In this document: positions 56,799-64,000 of the stretch, piece by piece | Position numbering within the stretch: the first letter of the stretch is position 1 | Layout: each line of letters opens with the position of its first letter | Assembly (NCBI GenBank): GCA_038884755.1 | Contig: JAWABJ010000001.1 | Coordinates: forward strand, 352,001-416,000 | Origin: Candidatus Norongarragalinales archaeon | GTDB taxonomy: Archaea; Micrarchaeota; Micrarchaeia; Norongarragalinales; Norongarragalinaceae | Length of the DNA stretch: 64,000 nucleotides | Direction: 5' to 3' | The notes under the pieces: model-generated | What the model saw: only the letters and a program-made list of their open reading frames with translations | Database searches by the model: none | What the model was told of the DNA's origin: nothing | Translations under genes and position numbers: made by a program

Positions 56799-57815
56799 AT
56801 GGGAGTCGAACTCAAAGACATTTTGGCGAGGCACGAGAGGACTTTCGAAGAGCTTGAAGGGCGCATTGCCGTCGACGCTTACAACACGCTCTACCAGTTT
56901 TTGAGCATAATCCGCCAGCAGGACGGCACGCCTTTGATGGACTCAAAAGGAAGGGTTACTTCGCACGTAAGCGGACTGTTCTACCGCACGTGCAATTTGC
57001 TAGAGAAAAACATCATTCCGGTTTACGTTTTCGACGGCGTGCCAAGCAACCTCAAGAAAAAAACGATTGCGCAACGCGCTGCAGCAAAACTCGAGGCTGA
57101 AGAGCAAAGGAAAAAAGCGCTCGAACAAGGCGATGTCGCAAGAGCGGGAGTGCTCGCGCAACGCACGTCGAAACTCACCAAGGAAATGGTTGAGGAAAGC
57201 AAAACGCTGCTTTCGCTGATTGGACTGCCTTGGGTTCAAGCGCCGAGCGAGGGCGAAGCGCAGTGCGCGTTCATGGCGCAGCAAGGCACCGTGCGCGCGG
57301 CTTGCTCGCAAGACTACGATTCGCTGTTGTTCGGAACGCCCACGCTTTTGCGCAATTTAACCATTTCAGGCCGCAAAAAACTGCCGGGAAGACAGCAGTA
57401 CGTGGAAGTAGTTCCCGAGGAAATTGTCCTGAAGGAAAACTTGAATGCTCTAGGAATAACCAGGGAAAAGCTCGTTTGGATTGGGATTTTGAGCGGAACG
57501 GATTTCAACGAAGGCATTTACGGCATAGGGCCTAAAAAAGCGTTGAAGCTGGTCAAAGAACACGATTCGATGGAAGCAATTTTGAAGAAAATTGGAAAGC
57601 AAATGGACTGGAAGCCGGTGGAAGAACTTTTTTTGAATCCGGAAGTAAAGCCTATCGCGAAGGAAGAGTTGAAGGTTGGAAGTCCAGACAGGAAGGCGGT
57701 CGCCGAATTCATGCAGGACAGGGATTTTTCTCTCGAGAGGGTGGAAAACTCGATTGCGCGCGCGTTCAAACAGCCAATTGATTCGAAGCAAGGGCAGCTG
57801 GAAAAATGGTTTTAA
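56799..57815 (+). CDS. fen: Flap endonuclease 1
   Basis: MGV, DAYNTLYQFLSIIRQ.DG, APSEGEAQ, SQDYDSLLFG, GTDFN.GI.GIGPK, PIP box KQGQLEKWF. Confidence 0.97.
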   Translation: MGVELKDILARHERTFEELEGRIAVDAYNTLYQFLSIIRQQDGTPLMDSKGRVTSHVSGLFYRTCNLLEKNIIPVYVFDGVPSNLKKKTIAQRAAAKLEAEEQRKKALEQGDVARAGVLAQRTSKLTKEMVEESKTLLSLIGLPWVQAPSEGEAQCAFMAQQGTVRAACSQDYDSLLFGTPTLLRNLTISGRKKLPGRQQYVEVVPEEIVLKENLNALGITREKLVWIGILSGTDFNEGIYGIGPKKALKLVKEHDSMEAILKKIGKQMDWKPVEELFLNPEVKPIAKEELKVGSPDRKAVAEFMQDRDFSLERVENSIARAFKQPIDSKQGQLEKWF

Positions 57816-57825
57816 GGTGGAGTTC

Positions 57826-58383
57826 ATGCGCGTTGGAAAATGGAAAATGCTTTCTTAAAAAACGCGGTTTGAAAACCCGTGGTGGAAGATAGTCGAACGC
57901 ACGTTCAAAACGCCCAACAGCAAGCGCATCAAATGGTTCGTAGTAAAAAAACCTAATGCCGTATGTGTGTTCTGCCTCACGAAAAAATGCAAGGTTGTTG
58001 CAATCCGCTATTTCCGCCCTGCAATCCGCAAGGTGGTTTTCGACCTGCCCACTGGATTTTTGAACAAAGGAGAAACTCCCCTTGAAGCAGCGAAGCGAGA
58101 ATTGCGCGAAGAAACTGGCTTCACTGCAAAAAAATTCATTCCATTGGGCTCGTACGCGGGCAACGCTGCTGGGGATACGGTCATGCTCCACTGTTTTCTC
58201 GCGTTGGGAGGGCAAAAAAAATCAAAACAGAATCTCGACCACGGCAAGGAAATTGAAGTAAAGCTTTTGAGCTTAAAGGAGTTGATGAAAAAAATTCTTT
58301 CGCGAAAGTTTCTGGACATTACCCGCGTGGGAGTGGCGTTCCTTGCACTGCAAAAGCTGGAAAAAATGAAATCAAGCCGTTAA
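57826..58383 (+). pseudogene. NUDIX hydrolase (ADP-ribose pyrophosphatase-like) with in-frame TAA at codon 11
   Basis: MRVGKWKMLS*KTRFENPWWKI... continues in frame into LPTG....GE...AAKRELREETG. Confidence 0.75.
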
Positions 58384-58853
58384 AACCCAGCCCACCCGAG
58401 CAGCGCCTGGCCGAACCACAGCACTGCGATGGTTTTTATCGCGCGCGCCACGATTATGACTGCTAGAAACTTGCGCCAGTCCATGTTGAGCGTGCCCGCA
58501 ACTACCGGCATCAAATCGCCTATGAACGGAATCCAAGGACTCGCCAAAAGCACGGGCCAACCGTATTTTTCGAACAGCTTTTCCGCCTTTTTCTCGCCCT
58601 TCGGGTCGCGTTTTGCGAGGAAAGTGTGAAATCCCTTCAACCCCACCAGGTAGTTTATGAAAGCGGCTATAGTCGAAGCGGCCAGGGTGACGAAAAAAAT
58701 CTGTTCGGCACTCCACAATTTCAAAGCCAAAACGAGAATCGGCTCTGAAGGAAATGGCAGAAGTGAGGCGGAAAAGAAAAGCACTAAGAAAAGCCCGCCC
58801 AACCCGTAGTTCTGCATGAGGCTCGCTGCGATGGAAAACAAGTCAATCGGCAT
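58380..58853 (-). CDS. DedA/YqaA (VTT domain) membrane protein
   Basis: ASLLPFPSE, INY.VG, KYG, PFIGD...AG, R. Confidence 0.88.
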   Translation of the reverse strand: MPIDLFSIAASLMQNYGLGGLFLVLFFSASLLPFPSEPILVLALKLWSAEQIFFVTLAASTIAAFINYLVGLKGFHTFLAKRDPKGEKKAEKLFEKYGWPVLLASPWIPFIGDLMPVVAGTLNMDWRKFLAVIIVARAIKTIAVLWFGQALLGWAGF

Positions 58854-58876
58854 GGGGTTTCATCACTCCAACGATG

Positions 58877-59569
58877 TTATTTAGGCAACTGCAAAAGCAG
58901 TTTCAAGATTTTTTGGCTTTGGGCAGACGCGTTTTTCCCGATGTCTTGCGCTAAAGCGCCTTTCAACCCGGCGGCGTAGTTCGACACCACAGCTATTGCG
59001 GCGTACTGCAAGCCCAATTCCCTCGCCAAAATTGCTTCGGGCGAAGTCGTCATTCCCACCAAGTTTGCACCCAGCTTGGCGAACGCTTTTATTTCCGCTG
59101 GAGTCTCCAACCGCGGGCCCTGCGTGACAGCAACAACCCCGCCTTTCTTCAACTGCACTCCCGCTTTTTTTGCGCTGCGCTCAAGCCTCTCCCCCAAGGT
59201 TTTTGAGAACGGGGGAACCATCCAAGCGTGCTGTTCCAAGCTTTCCAGAGAGTCGAAAAACGTCGGCGGCGCGCGAAAGTCCATGAAATCTTGGAGCAAA
59301 ACCAAATCGCCTATCGAGTAGTTGGAAATAGCGCCGCAAGCGCTTATCCCCACTATTTCCTTGACTCCGAGTTTCTTGAAAGCGGAAAAATTCGCCCGGT
59401 GGTTTATCTTGTGCGGGGGGATTGCGTGCGCAAAACCGTGGCGCGAGACGAACGCTATGCCGCGCTTTTGGTCCAACACTGCAAGCGCGCTGCCGTAAGG
59501 AGTGGGACAGTGCGTTTCGATTCCCTTGAAAAGCCTTTCAAAACCCGTTCCAGCTATTACCCCGAGCAT
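58877..59569 (-). CDS. MTAP-family purine nucleoside phosphorylase
   Basis: GVIAGTG, TPYG, RHG..H.IPPH.IN.RAN, GPRLETPAE, VGMT..PE..LARE, SNYAAG. Confidence 0.92.
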   Translation of the reverse strand: MLGVIAGTGFERLFKGIETHCPTPYGSALAVLDQKRGIAFVSRHGFAHAIPPHKINHRANFSAFKKLGVKEIVGISACGAISNYSIGDLVLLQDFMDFRAPPTFFDSLESLEQHAWMVPPFSKTLGERLERSAKKAGVQLKKGGVVAVTQGPRLETPAEIKAFAKLGANLVGMTTSPEAILARELGLQYAAIAVVSNYAAGLKGALAQDIGKNASAQSQKILKLLLQLPK

Positions 59570-59665
59570 GAATTGAGTATTCGCACGGCAATTAAAAGAC
59601 TGTCGAAAAACGCCTATAAATATTCCCGGCGCATAATGCCTGGACAAAAAGGGGGGGGGGGGACT

Positions 59666-59941
59666 ATGAGAAAAATAACGCCGTGCCTTTGGTTCGACGG
59701 AGAAGCGGAAGAAGCCGCGAAATTTTACGTGAGCGTTTTTCCAAATTCGCGCATAAAGCGAGTTGAAAAATATGAGGTAGACACGCCTTCGACCAAGCCC
59801 GTTGGAAGCGTGATGACCGTAACTTTCGAGTTGGACGGCAACGAGTTCATGGGCTTGAACGGCTGACCTTACTTCAAGTTGAACGACGCGGTTTCTTTGA
59901 AGAGAATGAACTTGAACGAATTAAAAAAAAAAAGGCCGTAA
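59666..59941 (+). pseudogene. VOC/PhnB-like gene with in-frame TGA (59864) and apparent internal deletion
   Basis: MRKITPCLWFDGEAEEAAKFYVSVF...FMGLNG*PYFKLNDAVSL then jumps to a C-terminal-like KRMNLNELKK. Confidence 0.8.
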
Positions 59942-60023
59942 GCGAATGAAATTCAAAAAAAAGAGAAATAAGATTTATAGAAACGGTTATCGCACGGGTG
60001 GAAGCCCAGAAAGGAAAACAAGG

Positions 60024-61169
60024 CTAAAAAAGCTTCTCCAGTTCTTCAGCCCTGTCGGTCTTTTCCCAAGTGAAATCAGAATCTTCCCTGCCGAAATGCC
60101 CGTAAGCCGCTGTTTTCTTGTAAATGGGCCTGAGCAAGTCCAAGTGCTTGATTATTTCGGCGGGCTTGAGAGGAAAGATTTTTTCAATAGCTTCCGCAAG
60201 CCTCTCGTCGCTCACCTTTCCCGTGCCGAACGTTTCCACGAAAACTGAAACCGGCTTCGCAACTCCGATGCTGTAGGCGAGTTGAACCTCGCACTTATCC
60301 GCCAAGCCTGCGGCAACTACGTTCTTTGCAATATAACGCGCCGCATACGCCCCGCTTCTGTCCACCTTGCTCGGGTCTTTGCCGCTGAAGCAGCCTCCGC
60401 CATGGCGCGCGTAACCGCCGTAAGTGTCCACGATAATCTTTCGGCCCGTCACGCCCGTGTCCGCCTCTGGCCCGCCCACTTCGAAAACGCCCGTCGCGTT
60501 TATGTAAAAACGGGTTTTATTGTCGACGAGTTTTCCGCAAACGTGCTTTATCACGTGTTCTTTGACGTCGGAAGCGATTTTTTCTTTGGAAACGTCCTGA
60601 TTGTGCTGGACGGCAATTACAACCGCATCCACTCGCTTGGGCTTTCCATCCTCGTATTCTACTGTCACTTGCGACTTTCCGTCTGGCCTGACCCAAGGTA
60701 AGATTTTCTTTTTCCTAACTTCCGACAGCCTGCGCGTGAGCTTGTGCGCGAGCATTATGGGCAAAGGCATCAGCTCTGGAGTTTCTTTGCACGCAAAACC
60801 GAACATCATGCCCTGGTCGCCCGCCCCCTGCTCTTTTTGCCGCGAGGAGTCAACGCCTATCGCGATATTCTTGCTCTGCTCGTGAATTGAGGTTAAAACA
60901 GCACAGTCTTTCGAATCCAACCCGAATTCTGGGTTGTTGTAGCCTATTTCTTCGAGCGTCTTGCGGATTATGCCGGGAATGTCGGCGTAAGCGCTGGTCG
61001 TAACCTCGCCCGCAACCAACACCAGCCCAGTCGTAGTGAGCGTTTCGACGGCCACGCGCGAGCGCGGGTCTTGATGAAGCAAATCGTCCAGAATCGCGTC
61101 GCTCACTTGGTCGCAAATCTTGTCAGGATGCCCTTCGGTAACGCTTTCTGAAGTGAAAAATTTCCGCAA
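60024..61169 (-). CDS. metK: S-adenosylmethionine synthetase, bacterial/eukaryotic type
   Basis: [60 protein letters not shown]. Confidence 0.97.
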   Translation of the reverse strand: MRKFFTSESVTEGHPDKICDQVSDAILDDLLHQDPRSRVAVETLTTTGLVLVAGEVTTSAYADIPGIIRKTLEEIGYNNPEFGLDSKDCAVLTSIHEQSKNIAIGVDSSRQKEQGAGDQGMMFGFACKETPELMPLPIMLAHKLTRRLSEVRKKKILPWVRPDGKSQVTVEYEDGKPKRVDAVVIAVQHNQDVSKEKIASDVKEHVIKHVCGKLVDNKTRFYINATGVFEVGGPEADTGVTGRKIIVDTYGGYARHGGGCFSGKDPSKVDRSGAYAARYIAKNVVAAGLADKCEVQLAYSIGVAKPVSVFVETFGTGKVSDERLAEAIEKIFPLKPAEIIKHLDLLRPIYKKTAAYGHFGREDSDFTWEKTDRAEELEKLF

Positions 61170-61389
61170 TCAAACCACCATTTTGGATTTCTGGAGCCTT
61201 ACTAATTGACGCAATCGGTTATATAAAAAGATTCGAGTGGGAAACCGAATGAGGCGTTTCAGCAAAATTCGCACACTTTGTTTTCCGAGTGGGCGTGCTT
61301 TCTCGCTTTAGTTTTTTTTGCAGGCATTTCAAACACGCTATGCATCACGCAGCGAAGCCTTTTTAATTTCTCGGAAAGTGCTTATGTAA

Positions 61390-62070
61390 ATGAAATTCTC
61401 GCTTACACTCTGCTTGTTGTCGCCTTCGCTGGCATTTGCGCATTCGACCGGAAACACTTTCGAACAGTTAAGCGCAACGCTCTTGAACACCGCGCTCTAC
61501 GCGCTCGCATTCGTAGTCATAATCGCCATCACGGCTGCTGTTTTTAAGGAAGAGTTGGGCGATAAGGGAAAGAAAGCCGCTTTCGTTTTAATTGCTTTGA
61601 TCGTGGTTGCTACTACGCTCTACCTGGGCGGTTCGATAGTCTGGGTTAATTTGAATTCCGCCAGTGGAGGGCCAGTGCATTGGCATGCGGATTACGAAGT
61701 TTGGGCTTGCGGCGAGAAAATCGAAATGCAGATGTCAGAAGGGCTTTCAAACAAAATCGGAACTCAGCTTTTCCACCACCACAACGACATGCGCATTCAC
61801 GTTGAAGGAGTCGTTATGAATTTGGAGGACGTGGAGTTGGGAGAATTTTTCGAGGCGATCGGTGGAGAGTTTACGAAAGACGAACTTAAGGTGGTACTGC
61901 AAGATGGAACAGTCCAAACACTGCGCAACGGCGATTTGTGCCCCGACGGTCATGCGGGAACGCTCAAGCTTTACGTTAACGGCGAGTTGAACAAAAAAAT
62001 GAACGAGTACGTCATCAAGCCCTACTCGCAAGTACCACCAGGCGACGTCTTAAAGATAGTTTTTGATTGA
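61390..62070 (+). CDS. Membrane protein with His-rich extracellular domain
   Basis: Signal + 2 TM; HWHADY...C...HHHND.RIHVEG...C. Confidence 0.7.
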   Translation: MKFSLTLCLLSPSLAFAHSTGNTFEQLSATLLNTALYALAFVVIIAITAAVFKEELGDKGKKAAFVLIALIVVATTLYLGGSIVWVNLNSASGGPVHWHADYEVWACGEKIEMQMSEGLSNKIGTQLFHHHNDMRIHVEGVVMNLEDVELGEFFEAIGGEFTKDELKVVLQDGTVQTLRNGDLCPDGHAGTLKLYVNGELNKKMNEYVIKPYSQVPPGDVLKIVFD

Positions 62071-62085
62071 ATGGTGTGAAAAAGA

Positions 62086-62793
62086 ATGACTGTTGAAGCA
62101 ACTTTGCCGGCGCTTTGGACTGTGGTGGTTACCGCGGCAATCGACTCCATAAATCCGTGTGCGATAGGCGTTTTGATTTTGCTGGTTTCGGTGCTTATTG
62201 CGAGAGAAAAAAAGAAAGACCTGCTGACTTACGGTTTTGCATATATTGCGGCAGTATACGTTACGTACTTGCTTGCTGGCTTGGGCTTGCTCTTTTTCCT
62301 ACAGTCGGTTCCCATCGTCGTTACGCAATACATTTCGATTGCGGTCGCGGGAATAATAGCGCTGGTTGCGCTCGTGGAAATCAAAGACGTTTTTTGGTAC
62401 GGGCAAGGATTTTCTCTCGCTATTCCGCCTGACATGACGAAAAAAATCCACGATTACATCGAACATCTTTCCCTCCCAATGGTTATATTTCTTGGCGCTT
62501 TCGTAGCTGCAGTTGAATTGCCTTGCACCGGCGCGCCGTATCTTGCGATAATCCTCTTGCTTTCCCACAACTTCGACTTGTACGCTTTCGGGCTGCTTAT
62601 GCTTTACAATTTGATTTTTGTGCTTCCGCTCGTCACAATCCTCATCCTCGTAAAGCTCGGAACGAGGATAAGCGAAATCAAAGCTTGGAAACTCGCATCA
62701 AGAGGGTATATGCGCTTGGCGATTGGATTACTTTTGATTGCTTTGTCTTGGTTGTTGATTTTAATATCCGGCGGGGTTATTGCAATAGAATGA
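62086..62793 (+). CDS. CcdA/DsbD-like transmembrane thiol-disulfide transporter
   Basis: DSINPCA and ELPCTG..Y Cys pair; YNLIFVLPL. Confidence 0.82.
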   Translation: MTVEATLPALWTVVVTAAIDSINPCAIGVLILLVSVLIAREKKKDLLTYGFAYIAAVYVTYLLAGLGLLFFLQSVPIVVTQYISIAVAGIIALVALVEIKDVFWYGQGFSLAIPPDMTKKIHDYIEHLSLPMVIFLGAFVAAVELPCTGAPYLAIILLLSHNFDLYAFGLLMLYNLIFVLPLVTILILVKLGTRISEIKAWKLASRGYMRLAIGLLLIALSWLLILISGGVIAIE

Positions 62794-62804
62794 GAAGGAG
62801 TGGA

Positions 62805-63071
62805 ATGTACATAGTAAAGCGACGGGGTCACAAGGAAGAGTTCGACGAGAAGAAGCTTTACGCTTCGGTTTACTACGCTTGTAAGTCGGTCGAAATCGAA
62901 CGGAAAAAGTGCGTAGGCATTGCGGAAAAGCTCTTGAGGAAAATAAAAGCGAAACTCAAGAAAAAGAAAATCATCGATTCGCACGAGATTTTCCGAAGCG
63001 TGGGACGAGAGTTGGAAAAGCAAGACGAGCACGCCGCTTTGATGTACAAGACCCATAGGGATTTGTCTTGA
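62805..63071 (+). CDS. Stand-alone ATP-cone domain protein
   Basis: IVKRRG..E.FD..KL..SV, I.S.EI...V...L......A..Y. Confidence 0.8.
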   Translation: MYIVKRRGHKEEFDEKKLYASVYYACKSVEIERKKCVGIAEKLLRKIKAKLKKKKIIDSHEIFRSVGRELEKQDEHAALMYKTHRDLS

Positions 63072-63129
63072 CGGCGTAGGAAAACGTTTTAACTATTCCC
63101 GCTTGCATAGTATTTTTCTTACTTTCAGC

Positions 63130-63262
63130 GGGCCCGTAGCTTAGCCTGGTGGAGCGTTCGACTGATAGGGCTTTTTACCCCTGGGGAAAAACCCCCGAAA
63201 AAAAAGGGAGAAAAAGGCTTTTTGAAATCGAAAGGTCCCCGGTCCAAATCCGGGCGGGCCCA
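63130..63262 (+). tRNA. tRNA-Ile(GAT) with 59-nt intron at 37/38 (63168..63226)
   Basis: GGGCCCG/CGGGCCC acceptor, TTCGA-CT-GAT-A|intron|A-TCGAA, T-arm CCCGG-TCCAAAT-CCGGG, A73. Confidence 0.88.
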
Positions 63263-63301
63263 CTTCAGTCTGAATAGAGATTGAAAAGTGGTTAAAAAAA
63301 A

Positions 63302-64000
63302 ATGGCAACTACCGAAAGTCCCCTGCAGCGGTTCTTGCGTTCAAGGTTGAATCTCTTGGAAGAAACTATAAGAAATTCTCCTGAGGCGAGGTTTTCTTTA
63401 TTGCACCATCCCGAAGCGGGCAACATCCAGGCAGTCGTCATGGGAATAAAACCTGCGGCCATGATAATGATAAAAAACGCTTCAGAATTGGTGCGAATCT
63501 TGAACGAGCAAGCCGGAAAGGATTTGTTTGTTGAAGCGAAAGGGGTAATCGGCAATCCGGTGGGCATGCTTCACGTTATCGAAGAACATCCAGACGTGTT
63601 CAAAAAAAACGAGGAGGTTCGGAATGCCGCAAGGGAACGCAGGCCTATAGCCCCCAAAAAAGTGCTCGAAACCCTTTACGGACACGAGCAAGTCGGGCTT
63701 ATGTTCGGGTTTTCCAGGCAATCGGTAAGAGCTTTTGCGAAAAGCAAGAGAATAGACCCGAACGGTTTTTTGTATTACATGCTTAGAAAACGTCTCAAAG
63801 AAAGCGGCGAATCGAAATCGCTAGAAAAGTTTTACGGCATCCGGCCCGAAGAGTACGCGCTTGAAGCGCCACCAAACCGAGTGAAACGGAGGGTAGCCGT
63901 TTCAATTGCAAGGAAACACGTCAAGCAAATCCTTCAAAACCTGGACGAAGAGCTTGCAAAACGCTTTCCTGGAAACGAAGAGAATATCAAGAAACTGATT
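63302..64000 (+). CDS. Hypothetical protein (3'-truncated by window edge)
   Basis: Open frame from ATG 63302 to window end; GIKPA and GLMFGF...SV.AF. Confidence 0.6.
   Translation, partial: MATTESPLQRFLRSRLNLLEETIRNSPEARFSLLHHPEAGNIQAVVMGIKPAAMIMIKNASELVRILNEQAGKDLFVEAKGVIGNPVGMLHVIEEHPDVFKKNEEVRNAARERRPIAPKKVLETLYGHEQVGLMFGFSRQSVRAFAKSKRIDPNGFLYYMLRKRLKESGESKSLEKFYGIRPEEYALEAPPNRVKRRVAVSIARKHVKQILQNLDEELAKRFPGNEENIKKLI

Noticed and set aside
59864..59866. Selenocysteine or stop-codon recoding
   Set aside because: Position is a conserved Gly, the gene has a second lesion, and TGA, TAA and TAG all end intact genes in this window.
61170..61389. SAM riboswitch upstream of metK
   Set aside because: No SAM-I/II consensus recognised; a TTATATAA box explains the region as divergent promoters.
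63263..64000. Integrated element at tRNA 3' ends
   Set aside because: No integrase and no duplicated tRNA 3' end in the window; cannot be excluded beyond the edge.

Overview
Gene-dense 64-kb segment of an archaeal chromosome. Topo VI A/B, FEN-1 with a PIP box, aMBF1, NAC, archease, Dim2/Pno1, a class III signal-peptide pilin, TATA boxes and intron-containing tRNAs are archaeal. Bacterial-type GAPDH, MetK, type II PanK and RpiB, plus many small Cys-rich lipoproteins, suggest a DPANN lineage, possibly Micrarchaeota (inference). The window holds about 80 CDS, four tRNAs (Asn-GTT without intron; Ser-CGA, Thr-CGT and Ile-GAT with 37/38 introns), one RelE-type toxin-antitoxin pair and three apparent pseudogenes. 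I saw no rRNA, CRISPR array, transposase or integrase. The strongest signal is in the tRNA-Ser and tRNA-Thr introns: they are homologous, built from a repeated AAAAGAAAA hairpin module, and every difference between them is compensatory or structure-neutral; the Thr intron has grown to 142 nt with five modules. This points to a selected, possibly mobile, structured intron RNA. Other highlights: a class III RNR whose glycyl-radical loop is a separate 48-aa ORF; an ~80-aa beta-rich insertion in Topo VI-B; a Ca2+-pump locus with two unannotated paralogous micro-membrane proteins and a CaCA exchanger with altered ion ligands; an OPT-PanK pair; and tiny ORFs (a 32-aa Lys/Cys peptide and MAKRRRRR). 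All calls come from reading motifs by eye; no database searches were run.
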